Below, one piece after another: positions 49,835-60,105 of a stretch of 64,000 nucleotides of DNA; positions within the stretch are counted from its first letter, which is position 1; each line of letters opens with the position of its first letter. Below the pieces are notes generated by a model. That model was not told the origin of the DNA, made no database searches, and saw nothing but the letters and a program-made list of their open reading frames with translations. Where the stretch lies: positions 14,152-78,151 of the forward strand of contig CBFDCK010000001.1 of the NCBI GenBank assembly GCA_965603285.1, given 5' to 3'. Origin of the DNA: an uncultured bacterium (GTDB taxonomy: Bacteria > Chloroflexota > Anaerolineae > Anaerolineales > UBA4823). The translations under genes were made by a program, and so were the position numbers.

Positions 49835-50494
49835 CTAGTCGTCCTCTTTGGGGATGGACGAAATTCCTAGACGAACGATCAGATACATATGGATACTGAT
49901 GGTCAGAACGAGTACTGCGGGCAGGATCCAGATATGCGCAGAGAAGAAGCGCGCCAGGGTTACAGCACTGATATCCATGCCGCCTCTCAGCACCCTCATA
50001 ATGAAAGTGCCGATGAATGGTACCGTGGCAGCGATCTCGGTGCCAACCGTGGTGGCCCAGTAGGCGCGCTGATTCATGGGCAGGAGGTAACCCGTAAAAC
50101 CCATCCCTAAGGTTACCAGTAAAAGAATTACACCTGTGACCCAGGTGAGCTCGCGGGGATATTTATATGCGGCGCAGTAGAAGGTTCGCAGCATGTGCAT
50201 AAATACGAAGATGACCATCAGTGAAGCACCCCAGTGGTGTATGCCGCGAATCAGCCACCCAAAGTCGACGCCGTTCATGATGTAAAGGATGCTGTCGGCA
50301 GCATGGTCTGGAGTAGGAACGTAGTAAATAGTAAGAAAGATGCCCGTGATACCTTGAACCACGAATAAAAAGAGACTGGCGCTTCCGAGTGTGAACCACC
50401 AGTTCACTTTTGGAACGTCGCGGTCTAATACGGTGTCGTATACTGTTTTAATACCCAGGCGTTCGTCCAGCCAGTTGAGAACTTTTGCTGCCAT
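49835..50494 (-). CDS. cytochrome b6-like (split cytochrome b, QcrB-like)
   Basis: 'YYVP', 'RGIHHWGAS', 'HMLR', 'GFTGYLLP', 'RFFSAH', 'IHMY'. Confidence 0.92.
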   Translation of the reverse strand: MAAKVLNWLDERLGIKTVYDTVLDRDVPKVNWWFTLGSASLFLFVVQGITGIFLTIYYVPTPDHAADSILYIMNGVDFGWLIRGIHHWGASLMVIFVFMHMLRTFYCAAYKYPRELTWVTGVILLLVTLGMGFTGYLLPMNQRAYWATTVGTEIAATVPFIGTFIMRVLRGGMDISAVTLARFFSAHIWILPAVLVLTISIHMYLIVRLGISSIPKEDD

Positions 50495-50496
50495 GA

Positions 50497-50982
50497 TTAA
50501 CCTTCCACTATGCGGATGAACAACGTATCGTCTTCAACTTTTGTTTCATATTCGAATAGGGGACGTGGGGGTGGACCAGCGACCACCTCTCCATCGATAT
50601 TGAAGCCTCCATCGTGACAAGGACAGAAGAAAATTTCTTCATCTTCAATCCAGTTCACACGGCAGGCGAGATGCGTGCAGATGTTGGAGTATGCTTTGAC
50701 CAGATCTTCGGTCTCACGGTATATATAAACCCCATAACTGGACACCGTTTTTTCCCAGCCGTTGATTTTGCTGCGCGTAAAACTGAACAGGGTAGGAAGA
50801 CCGATCGGGTAATTCTCGAGCGGTCCGGCGGACACCCATGCTTCTGATTTGCTGATTTTTAATGCGGGAGAGAGCAGATATCCGATTGTGGGCAGACCAA
50901 TGACAACACCCATGATTGCTCCAAGCGCGCCGATGGTTATTTTTACAAATTCGCTGCGACTTATATGAGGTGATTTTGCCAT
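50497..50982 (-). CDS. Rieske [2Fe-2S] subunit (QcrA-like)
   Basis: 'CTHLAC', 'CPCHDG', 'GPPPRPL', N-terminal TM. Confidence 0.93.
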   Translation of the reverse strand: MAKSPHISRSEFVKITIGALGAIMGVVIGLPTIGYLLSPALKISKSEAWVSAGPLENYPIGLPTLFSFTRSKINGWEKTVSSYGVYIYRETEDLVKAYSNICTHLACRVNWIEDEEIFFCPCHDGGFNIDGEVVAGPPPRPLFEYETKVEDDTLFIRIVEG

Positions 50983-51271
50983 GAAGTGATTTGCTCCTGT
51001 TTGGAGAGGCGGCTTTTGGTAAGTAAATAAATTATAATGGTATATTGCTTGTCTGTTATGAGGATATCTGGAACTATTAACGTATGAGTATTGTCACTTT
51101 CCATTGAGAAACGATAAATGCGATAATATTGGAGGATGGGTTTCAGGATGGATGTACTTGCGGCACTTGAATTGGACGAACTTAGCATTCAATTGTGCCG
51201 TTTCAACCCCGGCTAGTATTTTTTATTTATCGTGGATCACGAGTCGCATAAAAAATTCACAGGAGGCGCTT

Positions 51272-51658
51272 ATGGCTCTTAAGAGAAATGTTGGCTTGAA
51301 GGGCTTAAGGTACCGCGGTGGTGGTCCGATGTTAGCGTGGTCGTTTCACAGGATTAGCGGGCTGCTAATGGTCGTCTTTGTGGGTACCCATATACTGGCT
51401 TCATTCTTCATGCAGCAGACCGCCAGTGATCTCGCGACCAATCTCAATATCATCTACGAGTCGCTGTATTTCCAAATATTGATTTATTTTGTTGTTATGT
51501 TCCATGGTTTGAATGGATTACGTATCCTGATACTGGATACCTGGCCGCAGCTCCTGGAATACCAACGCGAGGTGACCTGGCTGCAGTGGTTGGTTTTTAT
51601 TCCCGTATACGGTTTAACGGTCTTCATCATGATCCAGTACGCCGCCAGCAGTGGTTAG
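51272..51658 (+). CDS. sdhC: succinate dehydrogenase cytochrome b subunit
   Basis: 'FHRISG', 'FHGLNGLR'; AGGAGG RBS before ATG 51272. Confidence 0.85.
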   Translation: MALKRNVGLKGLRYRGGGPMLAWSFHRISGLLMVVFVGTHILASFFMQQTASDLATNLNIIYESLYFQILIYFVVMFHGLNGLRILILDTWPQLLEYQREVTWLQWLVFIPVYGLTVFIMIQYAASSG

Positions 51659-51679
51659 AAGGGAGAAGGAGATGGCGAC

Positions 51680-52102
51680 ATGAGCACTCGAACGGCTCCT
51701 CAACTCGGTTTCAGTTTTGAATACTTGATGTGGATTTTCACCCGCATCTCGGGGCTGGCATTGATCCTGCTGATGTCATTTGGGATGGCAGCGGCGTTCT
51801 GGATGGGCGCACGCACCCAGACAGACGTTGGGACGTTGATGCGCTGGACATTTTTCCCCAACCCCAATCACGTGGTCAATAGTGATATACCCGACGTAAC
51901 GCTTGGATGGGCTACCGCCTACTGGCAGATTATGCAGATACTGATTGTATTCTTCGCTGCCGCACATGGTATAAACGGGGCGCGTGTAGTGATCGAGGAT
52001 TACATCGGGCGATCTTGGTGGCGACCATTCTGGCGCGGATTGTTGTTCCTGATCTGGATGTTCATTCTCATCGTAGCCGTATATGTTATTTTAGCTTCCT
52101 AA
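51680..52102 (+). CDS. sdhD: succinate dehydrogenase membrane anchor
   Basis: 'RISG', '[13 protein letters not shown]'. Confidence 0.85.
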   Translation: MSTRTAPQLGFSFEYLMWIFTRISGLALILLMSFGMAAAFWMGARTQTDVGTLMRWTFFPNPNHVVNSDIPDVTLGWATAYWQIMQILIVFFAAAHGINGARVVIEDYIGRSWWRPFWRGLLFLIWMFILIVAVYVILAS

Positions 52103-52118
52103 CCACAGGAGTGGCTTT

Positions 52119-53912
52119 ATGACCGAATTTCATCAATATGACATCTTAGTCGTAGGAGCAGGAGGTGCCGGTCTAATGGCAGCCTTATACGCTTCAAAAA
52201 CCACCAGTACCGCTGTGATCAGCAAGCTGTATCCCACTCGTTCGCACACTGGTACTGCCCAGGGCGGTGTGGGCGCAGCCTTGGGAAATGAGGGGGAAGA
52301 TCACCCCGAATGGCATACCTACGATACTGTTAAGGGCAGCGATTACCTGGGAGACCAGGATGCCATTGAGTTCATGTGCCAGGAAGCAGTGCAAACGGTC
52401 TACGAGTTAGAGCACATGGGATTACCGTTCTCGCGAACTCCCGAAGGTCGCATCGCTCAACGACCTTTTGGCGGTCACACCAACAACGTAACTGGAAAAC
52501 CTGTGCCGCGAGCTTGCTACGCCGCCGACCGTACAGGGCATATGATCCTGCAAACCCTGTACCAGCAGTGCATCAAGAACAATGTCACCTTCTTTGACGA
52601 ATTTGAAGTCTTGGATTTATTGATTGTCAACGGTGCTGCCGCCGGTGTGGTTGCCCTGGAAATATTGACCGGGGAAATGCATGTTTTCCATGCCAAATCA
52701 GTAATATTTGCCACAGGGGGGCACGGACGAATCTGGGATATCACCTCCAACGCCTACACCTATACCGGGGATGGAGTAGCGGTTGCCCTACGAAGAGGAA
52801 TTCCGGCTGAAGATATGGAGTTTTTTCAATTCCACCCGACCGGGATTTATAAAATGGGAATTCTGATCACTGAAGGTGTGCGCGGAGAAGGCGGAGTCTT
52901 GCTCAACGATACGGGAGAGCGCTTCATGGAGCGCTATGCTCCCACTGCCAAGGACTTGGCCTCGCGTGATGTGGTCAGCCGTGCTATGTATATCGAAATG
53001 CAGGAAGGGCGCGGTATCGGCGGGAAGCGTTATCTATACCTGGATGTGACACCTGAAATTGTCAATAAATATGCCGCCGAAGATGGTCGCACACGTACGG
53101 ACGGCTCTCCATACGTCGTAACGGCGGAGGAGATACTCTCAAAACTGCCGGATATCGTTGATTTCGCTCGCACTTATCTGGGCGTAGATCCGGTTTCTGA
53201 ACCGATGCCTGTGCAGCCCACGGCTCACTACGCGATGGGTGGTATCCCGACAGATAAGTTGGGTCAGGTGGTAATTGACGAGCATAACACCGTTATGCCG
53301 GGTTTTTACGCCGCCGGTGAAGCAGCCTGCGTTTCAGTGCATGGAGCCAATCGTCTGGGCACAAATTCGCTGGTGGATATCATCATCTTCGGTAAGTATT
53401 CTGGTCTGCAGGCGGCTGAGTACGCCAACGGCGTCGATTTCCAGGAATTGCCCGCGGATGCGGATGATTTCGCCCGCCAGCAGTTGGATGCGATTTTGAA
53501 TTCCACGGGCACCGAGAACGCTGCCGATATCGCTAACGAGATGAAGAGCGTCATGTTCGATCATGTGGGCGTCTTCCGCACAGAGGATGGGATGGCGCAG
53601 GCGCTCGAGAAAGTGCGCGAGCTGCAGGAACGCCTGAAGAACGTGAATAGTACGGACCTCGGCAGCACTTTCAACACCGAGTTGATCGATATCTGGGAGC
53701 TGGGTAATTTGCTGGATCTAGCGGAGGTCACAGCGGTCTCGGCGCTGGCTCGTAAAGAGAGTCGCGGCGCGCACGCCCGGGAGGATTATCCCAAACGGGA
53801 TGACGCGAACTGGATGAAACATACCCTGGCATGGATAAAAGATGGCGAGGTTGAGCTAAGCTACAAACCGGTAGTGATAACCAAGTACGAGCCCAAGGAA
53901 CGCGTTTACTAG
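52119..53912 (+). CDS. sdhA: succinate dehydrogenase/fumarate reductase flavoprotein
   Basis: 'GAGGAG', '[10 protein letters not shown]', 'QFHPTG', 'HYAMGG', 'HGANRLG', 'ESRGAH'. Confidence 0.95.
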   Translation: MTEFHQYDILVVGAGGAGLMAALYASKTTSTAVISKLYPTRSHTGTAQGGVGAALGNEGEDHPEWHTYDTVKGSDYLGDQDAIEFMCQEAVQTVYELEHMGLPFSRTPEGRIAQRPFGGHTNNVTGKPVPRACYAADRTGHMILQTLYQQCIKNNVTFFDEFEVLDLLIVNGAAAGVVALEILTGEMHVFHAKSVIFATGGHGRIWDITSNAYTYTGDGVAVALRRGIPAEDMEFFQFHPTGIYKMGILITEGVRGEGGVLLNDTGERFMERYAPTAKDLASRDVVSRAMYIEMQEGRGIGGKRYLYLDVTPEIVNKYAAEDGRTRTDGSPYVVTAEEILSKLPDIVDFARTYLGVDPVSEPMPVQPTAHYAMGGIPTDKLGQVVIDEHNTVMPGFYAAGEAACVSVHGANRLGTNSLVDIIIFGKYSGLQAAEYANGVDFQELPADADDFARQQLDAILNSTGTENAADIANEMKSVMFDHVGVFRTEDGMAQALEKVRELQERLKNVNSTDLGSTFNTELIDIWELGNLLDLAEVTAVSALARKESRGAHAREDYPKRDDANWMKHTLAWIKDGEVELSYKPVVITKYEPKERVY

Positions 53913-53928
53913 GCTGCGGGAGACCCTT

Positions 53929-54633
53929 ATGCAGGTAACACTCAAGATATTTCGTTACAATCCCGAAGAGGATAAGAAGCCACATTACGAAAGCTACAAA
54001 TTGGAGGCCGAACCGACCGACCGGGTGCTTGATCTGCTGGAGTATGTCAAAAGCTATCATGACGGTACTCTGTCCTTCCGGCGTTCCTGTGCTCACGGTG
54101 TCTGCGGCTCGGATGCGATGCGCATCAACGGTCTCAACCGCCTGGCTTGTAAAGTGCTGATTAAAGAGTTGGGTGCCAAAAAGATCACTATCGAGCCGAT
54201 CCTGGGAATGCAGGTCATCAAGGACCTGATAGTGGATATGGAGCCTTTCTTTGAGAATTTCCGCATGGTAATGCCTTACTTTGTAAACGACGAACCGCCG
54301 CCCAAGCGCGAACGTTTGCAGAGTCAGGAGCAGCGCGAGCGCTTCGACGACACGACCAAGTGCATTCTGTGTGCCTCCTGTACAACCTCCTGCCCATCAT
54401 TCTGGGCAAACGAAAAATATCTCGGACCGGCGGCGATCGTGACCGCGCACCGTTTCATCTTCGACAGCCGCGACCGGGCGGGGGCAGAGCGTCTAAAGCG
54501 ATTGAATGACGCCTTCGGCGTGTACCGCTGCCACACGATCTTTAACTGCACGGTCGCCTGCCCACGTGAAATCGAGGTCACACGCGCGATTGGGGAGGTG
54601 AAGGTAGCCATCGCTACGGGGAAGATTGATTGA
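53929..54633 (+). CDS. sdhB: succinate dehydrogenase Fe-S subunit
   Basis: 'SCAHGVCGSD', 'CILCASCTTSCP', 'CHTIFNCTVACP'. Confidence 0.95.
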   Translation: MQVTLKIFRYNPEEDKKPHYESYKLEAEPTDRVLDLLEYVKSYHDGTLSFRRSCAHGVCGSDAMRINGLNRLACKVLIKELGAKKITIEPILGMQVIKDLIVDMEPFFENFRMVMPYFVNDEPPPKRERLQSQEQRERFDDTTKCILCASCTTSCPSFWANEKYLGPAAIVTAHRFIFDSRDRAGAERLKRLNDAFGVYRCHTIFNCTVACPREIEVTRAIGEVKVAIATGKID

Positions 54634-54840
54634 GCTTAATATCACGCAAAGACATAAAGCACGCCGAAGATAATTTTATCGTTGTTGAGTGATAAATCCT
54701 ATAAGTGATCCGCCGGGGTCTGTGACCCTGGCTTTCTCTTATTATGGGAGTTATTCGGGGATCGCAAACCCCCTACAAGCGTTTTTTCTTTGCGATATTT
54801 GTGGTTTTGCGAGGTCCTATCTGCTATAATTGCCATGTAA

Positions 54841-54913
54841 GCCCCAGTAGCTCAATGGATAGAGCAAGGTCCTCCTAAGACCGAGGTTGTGGGTTCAACT
54901 CCCGCCTGGGGCA
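54841..54913 (+). tRNA. tRNA-Arg(CCT)
   Basis: Acceptor GCCCCAG/CTGGGGC, anticodon loop CTCCTAA, GGTTCAACTCC; extended -10 TGcTATAAT at 54822-54830. Confidence 0.93.
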
Positions 54914-54925
54914 TCGGGTTTATAA

Positions 54926-54963
54926 GAACCACTCACGGATATCGTGGAGTGGTTCTGCGCTTT
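54926..54963 (+). terminator. hairpin downstream of tRNA-Arg
   Basis: agaaccactc...gagtggttct stem. Confidence 0.5.
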
Positions 54964-55110
54964 AATTTGCTTTGAATGTATATTCGCTCGCATTCCCATG
55001 CTGATTGATCCCTTACCAGCGTTTGCCTCTCCGTTAATTTTTCTCGAATTTTATCGGATATCGTCATTAGTTTTTCCATGATCTGTGGAGTAACGATAAA
55101 TTTATTCTGG

Positions 55111-55212
55111 TTGGAATACCCCGTAGCTTGCTACGGGGGTTCCAACGTTTTAGCAAAATCTGTACCCGAAGGGGCAAAATACCGTAATACGCCGTCCGCT
55201 TGCGGCGGGGAT
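55111..55212. mobile_element. pair of GCTTGC-centred hairpins resembling IS200/IS605-family ends (non-autonomous remnant)
   Basis: ttggaataccccgtagcttgctacgggggttccaa and atacgccgtccgcttgcggcggggat; no transposase between them. Confidence 0.45.
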
Positions 55213-55370
55213 AGGAATTTTGAAGATTTTGCCAGTTTATTTTTGGATTTTGGGTGAATTGGTGGTGACTTCACAAATTCTTCATCATTTACCTATGCAT
55301 TCTTCAAAAGTGTGAATTAAACTTGTATCACTAAAAAACAAACCGTGATATCTGTACGCAGGAGTATTCG

Positions 55371-56771
55371 ATGAAATCATCTTTACCAGATGATCAATCC
55401 GCTAATATGTTTTCCCGTATGCGCCATTCCCTTGCACCGAATGAAGTGCCCGTTGACGACCGGGGGCGTATGCGCATGGTGATGAACAACCTCATTTTGC
55501 ATATCCACCCTTCTAAAGTAAATGTGCGCTCACTGCGTTTTACATATACATGGGGTTTAGGTGGGCTTTCAGTTATGTTAACCATGATTCTTGCGATGAC
55601 TGGGGTGCTCTTACAGATGAACTACACTCCTAGCCCTCCCCAAGCTTACCTGGATATTATCAACATGAATACCAATATTTGGTTTGGGGAGCTGATTCGC
55701 AATTTACATCACTGGTCAGCTAACTTGCTCGTTGTTGTCTCGGTGCTGCATCTGTTGCGGGTGTTTTTCACCGGTGCATATCGCCCGCCCAGGGAAATGA
55801 ACTGGTTGATCGGAGTGGCAATGTTGCTGCTGGTGCTGGGGGCTAACTTCACCGGCTATCTGCTTCCCTGGGATCAACTGGCCTTCTGGGCCATCACCGT
55901 TGGGACCAGCATTATTGAATACATCCCCATCATCGGACCCGGGCTCAACAGGCTGCTGCTTGGCGGGCCAGAAGTTGGCGCACCAACATTGCTCAACTTC
56001 TACTCACTTCATATCAGTTTCATCCCTATATCGATTGTTGCATTGATGTCCTATCATTTCTGGAAGGTGCGCAAAGATGGCGGTCTGACGATTCCCAAAA
56101 AACCCGGGGAAGATCTCCCCTCACGCCCTGAAAAGGTCACCACAATCCCTCATCTGGTGCGTCGAGAGTTGGTGTTTGCTCTGGTCTGGCTGGCTATTAT
56201 GTTGTTTTGGGCCATGCTGGTCCCCGCTCCCTTGGAGGGTATTGCTAACCCTGATGTTAGTCCTAACCCTGCCAAAGCACCCTGGTATTTCCTCGGATTG
56301 CAGGAATTGATGCTTCACTTCCATCCGTTGGTTGCAGCTATTATCATTCCTACCTTGGCTTTGCTAGCCCTCGCCCTGTTGCCATTTTATGATTTCTCTT
56401 CCCACAGTGTAGGTGTTTATTTCCGGTCCTGGCGGGGTCGTTCTCTCGCTTTTTTATCAGTTGGATTAGCCCTGGTCGTTACACCTGTCTGGGTGTTATT
56501 CGATGAATTTGTTCTCAATTGGGCAGGCTGGCTGCCCAGCTGGCCCAGCCTGATATCCAATGGTCTCATCCCCTTCGCGGTTGTCTTGCTGGGCATCCTG
56601 CTTCTGGATGAGGTTATCCAAAAAATTTTCACGACTGACCATGAAGAACGCGTGTTGTTTTTATTCATATTCTTGTTTACAGCATTATTGGTGCTCACGA
56701 CAATCGGAATATTTTTCCGCGGTCCGGGCATGGAGCTTTTTTGGCCGTGGGATATGCCGGTTCACGTGTGA
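55371..56771 (+). CDS. cytochrome b (fused b + subunit IV) of a second Rieske/b complex
   Basis: 'RNLHHWSA', 'HLLRVF', 'FTGYLLPW', 'FYSLH', 'YHFW', 'KAPWYF'. Confidence 0.9.
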   Translation: MKSSLPDDQSANMFSRMRHSLAPNEVPVDDRGRMRMVMNNLILHIHPSKVNVRSLRFTYTWGLGGLSVMLTMILAMTGVLLQMNYTPSPPQAYLDIINMNTNIWFGELIRNLHHWSANLLVVVSVLHLLRVFFTGAYRPPREMNWLIGVAMLLLVLGANFTGYLLPWDQLAFWAITVGTSIIEYIPIIGPGLNRLLLGGPEVGAPTLLNFYSLHISFIPISIVALMSYHFWKVRKDGGLTIPKKPGEDLPSRPEKVTTIPHLVRRELVFALVWLAIMLFWAMLVPAPLEGIANPDVSPNPAKAPWYFLGLQELMLHFHPLVAAIIIPTLALLALALLPFYDFSSHSVGVYFRSWRGRSLAFLSVGLALVVTPVWVLFDEFVLNWAGWLPSWPSLISNGLIPFAVVLLGILLLDEVIQKIFTTDHEERVLFLFIFLFTALLVLTTIGIFFRGPGMELFWPWDMPVHV

Positions 56772-56851
56772 TGGAGGACAGTCAGTGTGGTGCCGACCAG
56801 GGTCTGGAAACTGTCTTGATCACCACACTCACCAATAATGAAGAGGTACTT

Positions 56852-57343
56852 ATGTCGAAACAAAACAACGATGCATTGATATCCCGGAGCGACTTTTTAA
56901 AGACTGCCTGGAGCGCGGCAGGAATTATAGCCGCATTGGAATTCGGAGGGCTCTCTCTTTTTTACATGCAGCCCCGCTTAACCGAAGGAGAATTCGGGAG
57001 CATTGTCACCGTCGGTCCGGTGGATGATTACCCCCCAGGCTCTGTCACTCATATCCCGGATGGGCGTTTCTATCTTTCCCGGCTGAAAGATGGAGGTTTT
57101 CTGGCCGTTTACCAGCGTTGCACGCACCTCGGTTGTAATGTTCCCTGGGATCAGACGCAGGGTAAATTCACCTGTCCATGCCACAACTCGCAGTTCACTG
57201 CTGATGGTGAGTTGCTTACTCCCCCAGCTCCACGACCTCTGGATATCTTCCCTATCTTTATCGAAGACAACATTATCAAAGTTGATACTGGAAATCCAAT
57301 CGTACGTCAAAACTTTGACCCGTCGCAGGTGGTGTACTCATGA
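56852..57343 (+). CDS. Rieske [2Fe-2S] subunit
   Basis: 'CTHLGC', 'CPCHNSQF', 'PAPRPL'; GAGG RBS before ATG 56852. Confidence 0.92.
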   Translation: MSKQNNDALISRSDFLKTAWSAAGIIAALEFGGLSLFYMQPRLTEGEFGSIVTVGPVDDYPPGSVTHIPDGRFYLSRLKDGGFLAVYQRCTHLGCNVPWDQTQGKFTCPCHNSQFTADGELLTPPAPRPLDIFPIFIEDNIIKVDTGNPIVRQNFDPSQVVYS

Positions 57344-57402
57344 CTGATAAACAAATTACTGACAGATAAATTACTGACAAACAAATGACTGACAAACAGA
57401 TT
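57343..57402 (+). repeat. 15-bp tandem repeat x4 (encodes TDKQI-like units)
   Basis: actgataaacaaatt actgacagataaatt actgacaaacaaatg actgacaaacagatt. Confidence 0.85.
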
Positions 57403-58569
57403 ACCTCCCCCAAACATCCGGATATTGAACTCTTTGAAGTTCTGATTGGTCTTCTTGCTACCCTCATGATCGCAATCGGGGTACTGGTTTATTTTTTTGG
57501 TGAGCCGGACCGGCTGGAAAAAGCTCAGGCTGCCCAGCTAGGTTCTGAGCTTGACGATGCCATGACTCTCTACGCCGAGAATTGTTCGGTGTGTCACGGT
57601 ATCGCCGGCGAAGGTATTGGTTCCATGCCACCCCTTGAGGACACTGGTCTGCGTGAATCCGATCCTGACACCCTGTTTAAGATCATCGGACGTGGTTTGT
57701 ACGGCACATCCATGCCCGCCTGGAGTAAAGAGGACGGCGGTCCGCTCAGCGATTACCAGATCGATGAGTTAGTGGTTCTCCTCCAAAATGGGAACTGGGA
57801 AGAGACTCATGACCGGGTTGTCAATCTGGGGTTAGCTTCCTTGATCCCTTTTGTTACCGAACCTGATCCGGAAATTTTGGATGGGTTAGCTGGTATCCCC
57901 GATGGAGAACTGCTCACTCAAGGTGTCACTCTTTATGCCCAGGAATGTGTTGCCTGTCATGGCGCCGATGGATTGGGCACCTCTCTGGCGCCTGCCTTGA
58001 ATGATCCTCAGGTGCGCGCCAAATCCGAGGATGAATTACGGCGAATTATTCTTTATGGCGTGCCCAGCACACTCATGGCTGGGTGGGAAAACGCTCTCAA
58101 TACAGACGAGATAGATGCCTGTGTTGCTCTCATTACCCAATGGGATCAGATTCCCACAGGGGCTATCCCTGCGCCAGATATACCGGTTCCCGTGACTGAA
58201 GAATCCCTGGTCCTGGGGGCTGACCTGTATGCGGCTAACTGCTCGCGCTGCCACGGTCCCGATGGACAGGGAACACCGCGCGCCTCGTCTTTGAATGTCA
58301 AAGGTTACCTGGAGGAGACCAGCGACCAAGCCATCCAGCAGATCATCACACTGGGTGTGCCAGACACTGCCATGCCTTCTTGGGGTGACCGCATGACAGA
58401 TACTGAAATAGGGGCAATTGTGGGTTTCATTCGCTCGTGGGAACCTACCGCACCGGAAGTGGCTGAACCAGCCCGCGGTGGAGGTGGTCCCTGGTGGAAA
58501 ACTGAAGGCGGCAGCCTTGGAGGACGCTCTGGAGGTGGTCGGGGGCGTGATGGTAGTCATTCGCCATGA
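57385..58569 (+). CDS. membrane-anchored triheme cytochrome c
   Basis: N-terminal TM; 'CSVCH', 'CVACH', 'CSRCH', each followed by a Met-containing 'MPAW/MAGW/MPSW'. Confidence 0.9.
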   Translation: MTDKQITSPKHPDIELFEVLIGLLATLMIAIGVLVYFFGEPDRLEKAQAAQLGSELDDAMTLYAENCSVCHGIAGEGIGSMPPLEDTGLRESDPDTLFKIIGRGLYGTSMPAWSKEDGGPLSDYQIDELVVLLQNGNWEETHDRVVNLGLASLIPFVTEPDPEILDGLAGIPDGELLTQGVTLYAQECVACHGADGLGTSLAPALNDPQVRAKSEDELRRIILYGVPSTLMAGWENALNTDEIDACVALITQWDQIPTGAIPAPDIPVPVTEESLVLGADLYAANCSRCHGPDGQGTPRASSLNVKGYLEETSDQAIQQIITLGVPDTAMPSWGDRMTDTEIGAIVGFIRSWEPTAPEVAEPARGGGGPWWKTEGGSLGGRSGGGRGRDGSHSP

Positions 58570-58669
58570 GTGAGCTGTCAGGTTGATCAATCAAATGAGA
58601 CAGATGTGTATAATAGTCTTGCTCTTGATAGGCACAGGAAACACATCTCTTTACCGGTCTTAGCCACAT

Positions 58670-59275
58670 ATGCAAGAAAAGAATTTCTGGATATTGATGT
58701 CGATTTTGGTTATTGTTCTTAGCTCAATTTGTGTTTTGCTGGTTGGGTATATGTATTTTTACGTATTACCAAGCCCTAAAATTGCTGCGCCCACACCTAT
58801 TGTTAATTCGACGAAAACACCAATAATCACTGCCAACTATGGGGAGAATGGAACCATATTCCCTACTATCGCGTTGTCCATATCCTCACCAACGCCAAGC
58901 ATTACTGCTGTCCCCCCTACAACCACAACTGCAGCCCAATCCGGATTATCTCCCGAGGAATTCATCAGATCTTATTATTCTTTGATCAATCAACGCCAAT
59001 ATCAAACCACTTTCGCGATGCTTTCGGATAGTTTTAAGGATAGAAAACATTGCTGTAATCCAGATGGCTCATATAAATTTCGACCTTATGAGGAATGGTG
59101 GGACAGCATATCCGAAGTTAAAATAATCTCGGTTGATACAATAGGGTGGGATAATAGATCGGCGAAAGTAGTAATTAGGATCAGATACTATATGAATGAT
59201 GGGCGCATCGTAGACAGCACCCACACATTCGATTTGAAAGCTGACCCCTTGAGAAAAAGCTGGTTGATAGAATAG
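58670..59275 (+). CDS. membrane-anchored hypothetical protein with Pro/Thr linker
   Basis: N-terminal TM, PT-rich stalk, C-terminal globular domain ending 'WLIE'. Confidence 0.7.
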   Translation: MQEKNFWILMSILVIVLSSICVLLVGYMYFYVLPSPKIAAPTPIVNSTKTPIITANYGENGTIFPTIALSISSPTPSITAVPPTTTTAAQSGLSPEEFIRSYYSLINQRQYQTTFAMLSDSFKDRKHCCNPDGSYKFRPYEEWWDSISEVKIISVDTIGWDNRSAKVVIRIRYYMNDGRIVDSTHTFDLKADPLRKSWLIE

Positions 59276-59412
59276 CGCCTAATTGCCATAAACTTTCTTG
59301 AAGAAGTAATAAAACACAAAGGTAGAGGCCTACGGTTAACTGACAACCAGTAGTCCCTCTACCCCTGTTTACTCACAAAAAACCAAGACTGAATGTCTGA
59401 AAAAAAGTTATA

Positions 59413-59775
59413 TTACACGAGACCTATGAGAGCGAGCAGCCAAGCAAGCAGCCAACTAACCACTGCAATGGCAACCGCTGCGATTATCGCACCGAGGAAA
59501 CCATTTACCTTCATACCCGGCAGTATCTTGTCGCTGAGTAGCAGAACCACCGCTGCGATTATTAATAAAACTACTGCACCTAAGAATCCCGCCCCAACGG
59601 TAATTCCCAGAAGACCAAGCAACCAAAAAACAATAGCATTAACGATTCCGATCACTATCGCTGCAATGATTGCGCTTCCGTATCCGTCGACTGAAAGTCC
59701 GAGGTTAAGTTTACTAACGATCCAGATAACAACAGCTGCGACCAGGATCGCTATAATGAGACCGAGTATATCCAT
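59413..59775 (-). CDS. 4-TM holin-like membrane protein (YvlD/DUF360-like)
   Basis: 'VDGYGSAIIAA...G.VN', 'PGMKVNGF.GA'; AAGGAG RBS. Confidence 0.75.
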   Translation of the reverse strand: MDILGLIIAILVAAVVIWIVSKLNLGLSVDGYGSAIIAAIVIGIVNAIVFWLLGLLGITVGAGFLGAVVLLIIAAVVLLLSDKILPGMKVNGFLGAIIAAVAIAVVSWLLAWLLALIGLV

Positions 59776-60105
59776 TTCAAATGCTCCTTTATAAAGATAA
59801 GTTAGTTGTAGATTTTCACGAGATCTATAAAAAATATTACACTAGTTAATCCGTTTTTCTGATAAAATATCGTCTCCTTTCCGGGAATTTGACCAGATCT
59901 TTGAGACTTTGCTGGTTTACTCCCAGATTCACATAGCGCCATTAATTCATATATCGACGCTCGTATTATTTACGTTGCCGGTAAGTTTGGCAACACCTTT
60001 TCTTAACCAGTAAGTTTAACACCATTTTTGACCCATAGTTACGATTGGTTCGTAAGTTTTTGTGGGCCAACTATTAAACTCACCTTTCTAAGCTCTCAAT
60101 TTTGA

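Noticed and set aside
48320..53912. Genome-wide TAG reassignment
   Set aside because: icd and sdhA terminate at TAG at their expected C-termini
54642..54814. Imperfect inverted pair cacgcaaagacataaag / ctttgcgatatttgtggttttgcg
   Set aside because: Too degenerate to call a mobile element
55254..55331. Possible Rex operator upstream of the second cytochrome b
   Set aside because: Only isolated half-sites without TGTGAA-N4-TTCACA spacing
59413..59775. Prophage suggested by the holin-like gene
   Set aside because: No other phage genes; the family is commonly chromosomal
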